A DNA stretch of 63,196 nucleotides, the filler included, from Globobulimina sp. (Eukaryota): NCBI GenBank assembly GCA_003354225.1. It is 42 parts of 42 records of this genome, joined end to end, with 100 filler letters (N's around TTAATTAATTAA, not from the genome) between each part and the next. Parts side by side here need not be neighbours in the genome. Positions count along the whole stretch, not along the records: positions 51,249 to 52,654 come from PIVH01017180.1; positions 52,755 to 54,160 come from PIVH01017181.1; positions 54,261 to 55,666 come from PIVH01017182.1; positions 55,767 to 57,172 come from PIVH01017183.1; positions 57,273 to 58,678 come from PIVH01017184.1; positions 58,779 to 60,184 come from PIVH01017185.1; positions 60,285 to 61,690 come from PIVH01017186.1; positions 61,791 to 63,196 come from PIVH01017187.1; 34 more parts are not named here. One strand, given 5' to 3'. Made by a program: the position numbers and the translations under genes. Shown here one piece after another: positions 51,149 to 61,847 of the stretch. Position 1 is the first letter of the stretch. Every line of letters begins with the position of its first letter. The notes below the pieces were generated by a model. It was not told the origin of the DNA. It worked only from the letters and a program-made list of their open reading frames with translations, and searched no databases.

Positions 51149-51382
51149 NNNNNNNNNNNNNNNNNNNNNNNNNNNNNNNNNNNNNNNNNNNNTTAATTAA
51201 TTAANNNNNNNNNNNNNNNNNNNNNNNNNNNNNNNNNNNNNNNNNNNNTTAAAGCTGCATCCTTGGATGCCCGTGGTGCACTTGAAGTGCTCCCGAAGGG
51301 GCCCAGTATTTCTTTGTATTCTTTTGCTAAGACATTAAAAATATTCTGTATAAAACCTCAAAAACTTCAAGTATCCCAAACC

Positions 51383-52569
51383 ATGTCAACCAAATTATAC
51401 TTTTCCTTTTTCGCAATATCAAGTTGTTTATTGCTTATATTGTTGCTATTAGTTTTCCAGCAATTATGCAATGCAAAAATACGCGATCGAACTCGTTTGC
51501 ATAGAGTACTATTCTTAGTAATATTCTCCATATTTGGTGTATTTGATAATGGATTGCTTTATCTGTCCTCAATGTATCCAGATTACAAACTAAATGGCGT
51601 AGTCCCTTTGTGGATGTTGACCTATATCATCGAATCAATATCAGTAATCGTAGGATTCCATATATTTTGTACATGCCAGTTAGCCATAATTAAAAATAGA
51701 TATTTTTTAGTAAACATAGTGCCACCGCGGTGGATCCGATATGTTTTCACTGCACTTGAAATAGTATACATCGGTGCTGTTTTTTATTGTTATTCATTAT
51801 TGTTAAAATATTACGATTTAAATTACGCTCAGGCTTTTTATGTAATACTCACAGGAATTGTATGCATCCAATCATTGATAACACTAATAATATTTTCGAA
51901 ATTATTAAAACATTTAAATACTATAAAGACAGAGGACAACACCGACAAAATAAATACTGCAAAACGTGCAATACGATTTGGAATATTTCTGTGCCTTTCA
52001 ATGTGTATTGTTTGCATCACGTCGACAGGTACTGTGTAATTGCATTTTTCTTACATTTTAAGCTATCTTTGATGTTTTATAGGCATTGCATTGGAATTTC
52101 TTTTGGATTACGCACATATTTCATTCAATCATGGATTGATTGATTCTATCTTTCATTCTATATTTTTGCTCACAATAATCTCATCGTTATATTTATGGAC
52201 TTATCAAAAAGCATATTGTTGTGCTTTGAGGTATTAATTAATTCATTCCATTTATATCTGAAAAATAAGCGGAAATATTGTATGTATTTTGTTAATTGGT
52301 ATAACAGGAAAAGAACAGTATGCAACACGGTTCTTGGTTGTCTATATTTTGTTTTTGTTGAAAGATTAAGGAGGAGTTCAGACAGCGATATTGGAAAAAA
52401 AGAAAGTGGCAATGATGACAAAATGGCTGTGTTATTGGAGGATTCGTCAAAACAAACACTGACCACTGCAGATCTCATGAAAGCAAATAAAAACACAAAC
52501 AGTTTATTGACGTCGTCTGTACAGCATACGTTAACTACAGGTGATGAAAGATATTGTGTTACAAGTTAA
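51383..52569 (+). CDS. 7TM GPCR-like protein; introns 52029..52082 and 52231..52307
   Basis: About seven hydrophobic segments after in-frame splicing; Cys-rich membrane-proximal tail. Confidence 0.6.
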
Positions 52570-52852
52570 TATGCGTGTAATTGATATATAATCCACAGTT
52601 TATTTGAACGCCCATTTTGTTACTTTGATCCTTGCTTTACAGAGTTTTAATGATNNNNNNNNNNNNNNNNNNNNNNNNNNNNNNNNNNNNNNNNNNNNTT
52701 AATTAATTAANNNNNNNNNNNNNNNNNNNNNNNNNNNNNNNNNNNNNNNNNNNNAATTGAATCACCAAATAATATCACGTGTTCTTCATACTCGTCTGTT
52801 GAAGACATGTTTTTTCTTAGTCTGTTATAAACAGTTTCTTTCACATAAGAAC

Positions 52853-53986
52853 ATGACTATTCCAAGAGAACCTCTTGACTCATATGCTGAACTCGTGCTT
52901 TATAGCAGTGTTACAGGTGCGGTTTTAGGCTTCTTTATTAGCTGTATGCTCTTAGCCAATGTGATTTTAGTTTATTCAAAAATGTTTCGTCGTTCAAACA
53001 CGAATTTGAATCAAACAACAACACAAACACGAATCAGACAAAAATCTTATTTGTTGGTAATAATATATCTATCATGCAATTGTCTCGCATGTGCATCTTA
53101 TGCGTTTATTAGAACAAACGTGGTGACCCGAATTTCTATCCAGCAATTTACAGCAAATCAATGTTTAGCAGGATATCTATTGTCGTACTCTTCTTATTTC
53201 CTGTCAGTGGCTATGTTGTATGTTATATTTGTATGGAGAGTGAAGATATCATTTCAAGGATCAGTATCTGAATATAGTGCAAAAATGCCATATCCATTTT
53301 ATGTAACCATTAGCATTGTCATTTCAGCACTATTAATACATACATGCATTTTGGACGCATTGGTAACCACTCCTCGCTGGTTGTTACTGCACGAAGCCAC
53401 TGCAAATATTTCATTCTGTATTAACATGGCAGAGGACCCGATGTTAATGCAGATATTTGCTGTTCTCAGTATCGTCACGACAGTATTTCATATAGTAATG
53501 AGTGCCTGTTTATTATTTATGTTTGTTAGAGGTTTGATATTAGTGAATAGAATTTTGATTAAAGCATTTCTTGGAGAGCATGCTAATCAAGAAACGGAAC
53601 TGGCAAAACATGAAAAAACGAATATGATTTCAGTAGAAACAGTATTGAACGAATGCACAGATACTGATAGAAGCCCAGTGGAACGGAAACAATTATCGAA
53701 AGAGGCCGCACGGATTCTGGTTTTGCATGATTTGGTTAAAAAGCAAACCATTTTAGTTTCCGTTAGCATATTATCGTCAGTTGTCTTGTGGATATCGAGT
53801 GCAGTGAATGATTGGTTGAGACTTGAAATGTATTGGGATATGTGTGTGAATATGATATGTGTATGGTTAATGTTAGCCTCTTCAAAGAAATACTGGGTGT
53901 TATGCAAGAAAGTGTTCCTTCCATGCTGTTATAGAAAAGAAAATCTCATTCAAAACAATTTGGAAATGTATAACACAACATTTTGA
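52853..53986 (+). CDS. 7TM GPCR-like protein
   Basis: Seven TM segments, long third loop, FVWRVKISFQGS and D..VN.IC motifs. Confidence 0.65.
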   Translation: MTIPREPLDSYAELVLYSSVTGAVLGFFISCMLLANVILVYSKMFRRSNTNLNQTTTQTRIRQKSYLLVIIYLSCNCLACASYAFIRTNVVTRISIQQFTANQCLAGYLLSYSSYFLSVAMLYVIFVWRVKISFQGSVSEYSAKMPYPFYVTISIVISALLIHTCILDALVTTPRWLLLHEATANISFCINMAEDPMLMQIFAVLSIVTTVFHIVMSACLLFMFVRGLILVNRILIKAFLGEHANQETELAKHEKTNMISVETVLNECTDTDRSPVERKQLSKEAARILVLHDLVKKQTILVSVSILSSVVLWISSAVNDWLRLEMYWDMCVNMICVWLMLASSKKYWVLCKKVFLPCCYRKENLIQNNLEMYNTTF

Positions 53987-54316
53987 TGTGTCATGTGTTG
54001 GCTTTTATTTTTCAGTATTTTTGTATTAATTTCAATTGTTATTCCTCTCGACATAAATTTAAAATGCATTTTGAGGTCGTTTCAAAAGACATGATGCAAT
54101 GATCTGTATCATTAAACAACACGGTAATACTAAGAATGCAAAATCATAGTCCGCAGCGTTNNNNNNNNNNNNNNNNNNNNNNNNNNNNNNNNNNNNNNNN
54201 NNNNTTAATTAATTAANNNNNNNNNNNNNNNNNNNNNNNNNNNNNNNNNNNNNNNNNNNNCGGAAACGATTTTATATGTTTTCAATTTCATGCAATGTGT
54301 TATGTTTCTAAGAAAA

Positions 54317-55627
54317 TTAATAGTAGTTATTTTGGTCGATTTTGATCAATAAACCATGGAGTACAATGCCTAAATTCTCCTTTGTATACCACTCCAATTC
54401 ATTATTATTAAATTCGGAATCAATAATCTTTCCTTTTTCTGTAGCGCCGATTGTTTCCTGTCCAATTTTATAACTATTTGGTCTTATCCTCAATTGAAAT
54501 ACAACTTTAATCCTATCCCCTTTGGCATAAATGCTATTTGATGCATATCTACAAAACAAAATTAAACTCAATGCATCTGCGCAAATATATAACTAAACTT
54601 TATCGATGGTGATACGAATATATTCCTTGGTCCAAATGATTCATTTATCTTAGTATATTCATTAAATCTTCTAAATCCTTTCTGAATATGTCCTGATGAT
54701 ATTTTTAATTTGCTGCCGGTTATTGTTTGATCGCCGGGTTTTATTAATCGCAATCCAGATTTAAATATTATTTTTGCTGTTTCAACACTGCAGCCATGAT
54801 ATGCACCTTCAAACATTATATCCAAACAACAAAATTAATGTAACATAAAAACATATATCTAACATACAATGCCAAGTCGCCCAAACATGATTCAATATAC
54901 ATTTTCCGTCATTCACTTTTAAACCCAATTTAATCCATCCAATGGGCAAAACATATTTCTTTGCTGGTTTACCACGAAAATACACCAATTTATCTCTTCT
55001 TTGTTCATGACATTTTATACAGAAACACGAGTTCTGTGATGGTTCCATAAATTCGGGAGGTATATCAGAGAAATACTTATTAAATATTTTAATTGTTGCA
55101 TTCATGGCAGCACAGCGACTGTTCGTTTGATAATATGAACTCTCTGAACTCAATCTTTTTGCATTTTGCAATGTTTGAATAATTTTATCTTTTTCCAATA
55201 ATTCATGTAACATTGAATTTGTTGTTGATTCTTGTTTTCTTAATTCTTGTTTTGTTAATTTTTGCTCCTCACAATATTTATCAATATATGTTTGTTGTTT
55301 TTTTATTTGTTTATCTTTATCGATCAATTGTTTCCCCAAACTCCCAATCTCCTTCAACTTTGCCTCCATTTCTACCTTTTGTTGTTTACTTTCCTGCAAT
55401 CTCTTTATCTTACGAATAGTACAGGTTTGGCTTGTCACAGTATTTAATTCTTTTGCAGCAGTGGTTGACTTCTTGGTTATTTCTCGTATTTCTGAATTAC
55501 GCCATCTATATTTGAATGAACCACCAATATCTAAAGCATCAATATGATTGCTATAAAAATCACTATAATCACTCCACCCACCACCAACACAATATTGCCA
55601 TATAATATCACACTGTGACTCATCCAT
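54317..55627 (-). CDS. WWE-like + coiled coil + NEURL4-type ADP-ribosyltransferase domain; introns 54867..54807 and 54598..54549
   Basis: WQY...GWSDYS; CFCIKCH...RGKP..YVLPIGW; spliced WHCAYHG and SPSIKYA; FQLRIRPNSY; ELEWYTKE. Confidence 0.85.
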
Positions 55628-55903
55628 TTCTGCAAATTCATTTAGTTGATTATTTTTATGGTTTAANNNNNNNNNNNNNNNNNNNNNNNNNNNNNNNNNN
55701 NNNNNNNNNNTTAATTAATTAANNNNNNNNNNNNNNNNNNNNNNNNNNNNNNNNNNNNNNNNNNNNAAGATGACATAAATATGAATATAATTCCATTTCT
55801 AATGTTTTGTGAAGGCAGGGACTAGGATACGTAAGCAATATAGGATGATATATTTCCTGATTATGACGGAGACTCAAATATATATTTCTTCTTTAAACAT
55901 AAT

Positions 55904-57172
55904 ATGAAACATAAAATGAATGAATATCATACATTGAAAGATAAACTCTCATTATACACCATAAACCCACCTAATTATGATGTGATTGATAGAAATTTAA
56001 TTGACTTAGATTTTGGGGAACATGTGGCTGATTGGAGTGTGCAAGCAAAGTTTTTAAATGTTCAACAAGAATGGAAGCAAAACGAATTTGTGCAATTTGA
56101 GCAGATTAATGACGAGTTTATCACATCCAAATATATTAAATCAACGGTGATATCAAAACAAGCACACAACAAAGCAACATATAATCTATCCATTGATGAT
56201 ATTTTATGTCTCAAAATGTACACAGATACAACTGAATTACAAAGAGAGTTTCGAAAAGCATTCAGATCTGTCAGTGATAAACAAAAAACGAGAAGATCAC
56301 AATTTCTTAATTGGGCAATAAATTTAAGTATCATATTTTTACAAATTGAAATTTTAAACCAAGCTTACAATTATAATAAAGACATTTGTGATTATACGTT
56401 ATATCATGGCTTAAGTCGCCTATTTAATACACGAGGCTTAGTTCGTCAATTTTATGGCGCATTGTCAACATCCTGGGAAGTAATAGTTGCTAGAAATTTT
56501 GCGGGTGAGATAGGAATGATATTACAAATAAATAAAGAAGTTAATTTTAAAAATAATAATGCAATATCTGTGGACTGGATCAGTTGTCATGACAATGAGC
56601 AGGAGATATTATTGATGAATCCCAAAGTAATTATTCAAAAAAGCTTTGTATTTTCGAAAGATATCACGATGATATCATCGTATTTAAAGAGCACATTAGT
56701 AGCGACCATTGCAGATGAAAATGATGAGAATATTTTTAAACATTTATCTGCATTTCTTCGCTCAGGTTGGGTGACAAAATGCTTTCGAGTTACAATGGAA
56801 GATCAAGAATTTGTGAAGAAAATTAAATTATTCACAGCTCGTAAATGTTTGGACGGCATGAATCTATTTGAATTTATTTTTTTCAAATGTCAGCGTTATC
56901 AAATTGCAGCATATGTCGATAAAAGCGAACAAGAGCTATTTGAAGTGATTATTGGTTCTGACTTTTTTAGTACTACAGTAAGTACCACATTATTAAAAAC
57001 ATGGCATTGTAGCTATGAAGCATTGAATGTGAATTGGACGCAAAGTATTGACCGATCACAACGGCCATGTAATAAATATCAACCACAACTCTGTAAAATG
57101 GATGTAAGTTACGATTATAATAATGATTATGTCATTGTTAAGCGATTTGAAGGAGAGCAAGCGAAGAAAATG
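55904..57172 (+). CDS. Divergent ExE-type (ARTC/VIP2-like) ADP-ribosyltransferase-fold protein (3' truncated)
   Basis: LKMYT, LYHGL, LSTS...VARNFAG, WIS..DNEQEILL. Confidence 0.6.
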
Positions 57173-57292
57173 NNNNNNNNNNNNNNNNNNNNNNNNNNNN
57201 NNNNNNNNNNNNNNNNTTAATTAATTAANNNNNNNNNNNNNNNNNNNNNNNNNNNNNNNNNNNNNNNNNNNNGCGCCAAATAAAGGAAACTT

Positions 57293-57370
57293 GATCAAAT
57301 AAATTTATTTGATCGTCAAGTAAATTTATTTGATGGTCAAGTAATTTTACTTGATCAACAAGTAAAATTT
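57293..57370. repeat. 21-bp-periodic array of 18-bp palindromes TCAARTAAATTTAYTTGA (also at about 58580-58657)
   Basis: Units start at 57295, 57316, 57337 and 57358 (last one partial). Confidence 0.9.
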
Positions 57371-57562
57371 AGTAAATTTATGTCAATAAAAAAATTGGGT
57401 TCCAAATATTAGAGTCCGAAATAGCAACAGATCTGGAGCGTTTCATGGGCCGACGCACCGCAAGCAACTAAAAAACACAAAACAATTGCACAATACAATA
57501 AAAGAATTCAAAAGAAAGACGCATGCGTTCATTAGATCTATGTACATAGAGCTAGGTAGCAC

Positions 57563-58585
57563 TCACTTCAACCAAATCACTTTTTCTTTGGTATATCCAT
57601 AAGAATAATATTTCACAATAACTGAGACTACAGCATTTAAATCTTTTTCAATGTGATTTATCATGACACTTCTCAAAAATCCATTCGCTAATATGCTCAC
57701 AACATGTGGGAAATGACTGATTCTGATGTTTATATCATTAAGGCGAGCAAAATCATTGCTATATCCAAACCGAGTATATGCTCTTTCCAATTGTTTGAGA
57801 ACTTCAACAGACGATTCATCAAAAACATTTTGTAACTTTTTTAACAATCGTCTTCTCTTTGAGGCATGCTGCGATTGCAACTCCTCAGAAGGGTTAAACC
57901 CTTCTAACATTGCCAAGCAATTATCTCTGGTCTCGTCCTCAATAGCAGTCACATACATCGAACTCGTTCCATCGATGTATGTCTTTGATATTGCCCATGC
58001 ATACTGTGTAAATGTTCTTCTGTACCTAAGACGCGACAAAAACGTGCCAACATTGCATTTGAACCCATTCCCTGTGGTTTTTAATTTCTTCTTCTTCACA
58101 AATGCTAGTTTATATGCCATAATATCTGACAAAAAAAAGATATTCTCCACTGAGAGTTCGGAAACCAAATATCGCATGAACTCAGCGGTGGCTTTTTGGT
58201 CCAAAAGAGTCACTGTCAATGGAGTTGAACCGTAGGGTAATTTGATCTGAGGCACCCCATGGAATGGAGAATCTAAACCGACAGAATAGGTCTGTTTGAT
58301 GACCCACCACGTAGAAACCAAACACATTAATGAGACAGTGATGGAGGACAATTCGATCAAAAGAAAGTTTAATAATCGGAAACCGATGACAGGAGCAAAA
58401 AATATAAATATGCCACCAATGATAAACATGACTGCAAATATTCTAAACTGAATTAACATTTCCTGTTTTATGAAAAAAATGTCACGTATTATGCGCAATT
58501 TCTTTGTGATTTTAATAGCAATAATGACCAAGGTTGCATATATTAATATTAACCCGTATGCGCCAAATAAAGGAAACTTGATCAA
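57563..58585 (-). CDS. TM-RGS protein (7TM-RGS type), 5' truncated
   Basis: Three TM segments, then EFMRYLVSELSVENIFFL...ISKTYI...VFD...YTRF. Confidence 0.8.
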   Translation of the reverse strand: MIKFPLFGAYGLILIYATLVIIAIKITKKLRIIRDIFFIKQEMLIQFRIFAVMFIIGGIFIFFAPVIGFRLLNFLLIELSSITVSLMCLVSTWWVIKQTYSVGLDSPFHGVPQIKLPYGSTPLTVTLLDQKATAEFMRYLVSELSVENIFFLSDIMAYKLAFVKKKKLKTTGNGFKCNVGTFLSRLRYRRTFTQYAWAISKTYIDGTSSMYVTAIEDETRDNCLAMLEGFNPSEELQSQHASKRRRLLKKLQNVFDESSVEVLKQLERAYTRFGYSNDFARLNDINIRISHFPHVVSILANGFLRSVMINHIEKDLNAVVSVIVKYYSYGYTKEKVIWLK

Positions 58586-58678
58586 ATAAATTTATTTGAT
58601 CGTCAAGTAAATTTATTTGATGGTCAAGTAATTTTACTTGATCAACAAGTAAAATTTAGTAAATTTATGTCAATAAAA
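58560..58678 (+). repeat. 119-bp terminal direct repeat of 57273-57391
   Basis: Exact sequence identity at both ends of the contig. Confidence 0.95.
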
Positions 58679-58799
58679 NNNNNNNNNNNNNNNNNNNNNN
58701 NNNNNNNNNNNNNNNNNNNNNNTTAATTAATTAANNNNNNNNNNNNNNNNNNNNNNNNNNNNNNNNNNNNNNNNNNNNAATTTATTTTAAAATGTATAG

Positions 58800-60184
58800 T
58801 AGAAAACCCCGGTGTTCGTATTACGGTTACAAACGGGCAGAATTTTGTTCTTTTCTGACTCGATGGGTACTTAGGGCTTTATTAGGCGTGAAAATAGGCG
58901 TATAATTGCAATAAAATGTACAAGAAAATACCCTGGGACGTAACCCGCCTATTCCTAGATATAAGCAGCTGCTCGGTTTAGGGCGCGGGTTTGGTCAGGC
59001 GGATACTATGGATTTGTGTAGTCTGCCGACAGAGTCGTTAAATTGTTCCTCGATGTACATACATAATGGTCATTTAGTCGAGTTATTCGTACTATGACGA
59101 CACACCATTATACATGAGATAATACGCACCATGCTGCATTGGCTGTGGTGATGTATATTGGGTAAATTTTAGGAAATGGGTCAAGAATAAAGATTTCAAG
59201 TCCAAAGAATTAGAATAAACTGTCAATGCATTAAAATATTGAATAGTTTGGGGATTTAAAATGTTGACTTTTTATTGAAAATAAATAAAATCTTATAGAA
59301 ACCTCTTCCCAATACATTAGGGTTTCCTAACATTTTAATGCACATATTTCGAAAATAATGTGGCGGGGTATAGAATGCACATTCTGGGTATCTTTTCTAA
59401 ATAATATAGTAGGGGATACACTACAATTTTTAAAATATGCACATTTGCACATTCGGATGCACACACATGGGATAATATCAAGTACATACAGCACTAGGTA
59501 TAGAGACATACAGTAGGTAAGACCGTGCAAGTACATACAATCAATGGTACTGGATCAATGGTCGATTTCCTATCAATATTCAAACCGGACTGATGTCAAT
59601 ATTGCCATTGCTGTGTGTACGAAAATCTACTAACGGATATTACGATTTTTTGGTGAGTTAAAATTAACTTTAAATTAAATACTTCGGTTTAAATGGATAT
59701 TTTGCCCAAAATTTTTTATAACCTTTTCTAAATACTTTAAACCATACGTTAGGTATGGATAAAGGGTGAAATATCTATTTGTGGGACTTTCTTAGTACTA
59801 ATAGTGTTACCGCATCATGTATCAGGTGTGACCTTGTATGTAGTACTATTGTGTACACGCGTCTAGCGCGTGTCTCCCCTGGGCGCTGGGAATCATCAAT
59901 CTGGTTTTGGCCTTGTTTGTTTACATCTTGCCGTGCCTGGCCAGCGTCCAAAAATTATATGGGTTGGGGAGGGATTACATAATGGTTATGTCATTGATGT
60001 AATGATATTTACTATCATATCTACTACCGTACTATCGTAGTAATGGCATGCGTACTATATTATTCCAACTGGTTACCCTGAATACGGTAACATGGTTGAT
60101 ACTAAATTGGGAACTAACTTCACTAATGCACTGCACCTTCACAAAAAACGCGCGGTTTGCAATATAGTATTTAAAGTATAGTAT
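58800..60184 (+). ncRNA. Hairpin-dense non-coding region, candidate structured RNA or spacer
   Basis: No credible ORF; helices 58942-58948/58985-58991, 59063-59070/59104-59111, 59855-59873, 59880-59889/59941-59950, 60072-60077/60086-60091. Confidence 0.35.
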
Positions 60185-60284
60185 NNNNNNNNNNNNNNNN
60201 NNNNNNNNNNNNNNNNNNNNNNNNNNNNTTAATTAATTAANNNNNNNNNNNNNNNNNNNNNNNNNNNNNNNNNNNNNNNNNNNN

Positions 60285-60400
60285 ATGGCAATATGGGCGG
60301 ATATTGGGGACCTGCCCTTAAAAGAGCAGGTTTTGACGGACTAATGGTGTCTGGGAAGGCAAATCGCCCGGTTTATCTGCTTATTTCTGATGGTGAAGCA
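60285..60400 (+). CDS. Prokaryotic aldehyde:ferredoxin oxidoreductase fragment, chimerically joined
   Basis: GNMGGYWGPALKRAGFDGLMVSGKANRPVYLLI. Confidence 0.8.
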
Positions 60401-60594
60401 ATAACTCGCTCCGATGGAGATGGCCACCAATCTTATTCTGAAATGAGTGGACTTCGCAGAATGCGTTTTCTCGCAAGCACTTTAAATAAAAAATGAAAAT
60501 TATAATATTATGGAGTACGCTTTTTTATATATGTTGATAATGGAAACTGTTGTATTTTTAATCCAATCGGATTTTGTAATGCTAACAAAGAAGA

Positions 60595-61690
60595 TCATAA
60601 ACTATTGCTTGAATAATTTTTTTCAATTTCTTTGTTTAACATTTCCAATTTATACGCTGTTCTTACTTCATTTAAATCCGTTTTATCAACCAATTGGATT
60701 GAATGTGAATGTCTTATTATTTCTTGAAAACAAGATTGTGACAACTTTGATGTTAATGTAATTGGATTATTCTTCACAAATATTCGAATTAAATGCTTGA
60801 AATGTGCCAAAATGCTTAATTCTCTTAAATTATTTATTCGATTCTTTGAAATATTCAATGTGTGTAAATTTATTAAAATGTTCAAATATTGCAATGATTT
60901 TAAACCATTATTCTCCATATTTAATTGGCGCAAACTGCTCACAATTTCTTTGAAACAGTTTAGTGATAAGTTTCTGATTTTATTTGATGATAAATTTAAT
61001 ATTTCTAACTTTGGTAAATTGCGTAAACCATCAATATGAATTATTTTATTATTTTCTAATGATAAATATTTTAGGTTTTCTAAGCCAAATATATTTAAAG
61101 ATGAAATGGTTGCAATTTTGTTGTGTGCTAATTGTAATTTTTCTAATTTTGTTAACTTATTTAATGAATCAACTTTTTCAATGGAATTATGATTCAAATT
61201 GAGATGAATTAATGTTTGTATTTGTAGCAATGTGTCAATGTTTGATAGGTTGTTATTACTCAATATTAATACTTTTAAATTTAGAAAATGTCTCTCATTT
61301 AAAGTTATTTTATCCAAAATTGATATGTTTGCTGATGAGATATCCAAAACGTTTATTTTATTAAAATATTTATGTCCAATTTTATTTATCAACCAATCAT
61401 AATGTAATTTACCATCATAAATATTTAAAGATGCCTCAATCTCTTTGTTTGTAATACTTTGTCCGTCCAACATTTTTAGTGAATTTTTGCAACAAAATAT
61501 TGTATAATATCGATAATCATTCATTATTTTACAAATCTTATTTCCGATTAAATCGAGAATTGCTAAATTAGATAGATTTGATAATGAATAAATATAAAAA
61601 CTTTCCTCAATCAAATTATACGACGCATTTACTTGTATTAACTTTGTTAACTTTGCCAATTCTTTGATATCCCTTATTTTATTACATCCA
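60595..61690 (-). CDS. SDS22-type leucine-rich repeat protein (LRRC9-like) fragment
   Basis: Many LxxLxLxxN repeats and an LRRcap-like YRYYTIF...LKMLDG. Confidence 0.8.
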
Positions 61691-61847
61691 NNNNNNNNNN
61701 NNNNNNNNNNNNNNNNNNNNNNNNNNNNNNNNNNTTAATTAATTAANNNNNNNNNNNNNNNNNNNNNNNNNNNNNNNNNNNNNNNNNNNNACTAATGACA
61801 GGAATGATACTGCAATTTGTCAGATAAAAAGAATTTTTGAAATTGCT

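Noticed and set aside
54261-57172. Two neighbouring ART genes (and the neighbouring 7TM genes at 51249-54160) as a gene cluster
   Set aside because: They are on separate contigs ordered only by length, so adjacency says nothing about linkage
57293-57370. CRISPR array
   Set aside because: Spacers are only 3 bp, there are no cas genes, and the context is eukaryotic
57726-58235. Antisense ORFs overlapping real genes (also e.g. 3477-3794, 30955-31281, 44435-45037, 53587-53907)
   Set aside because: Shadow frames of well-supported genes on the opposite strand, with no motifs of their own
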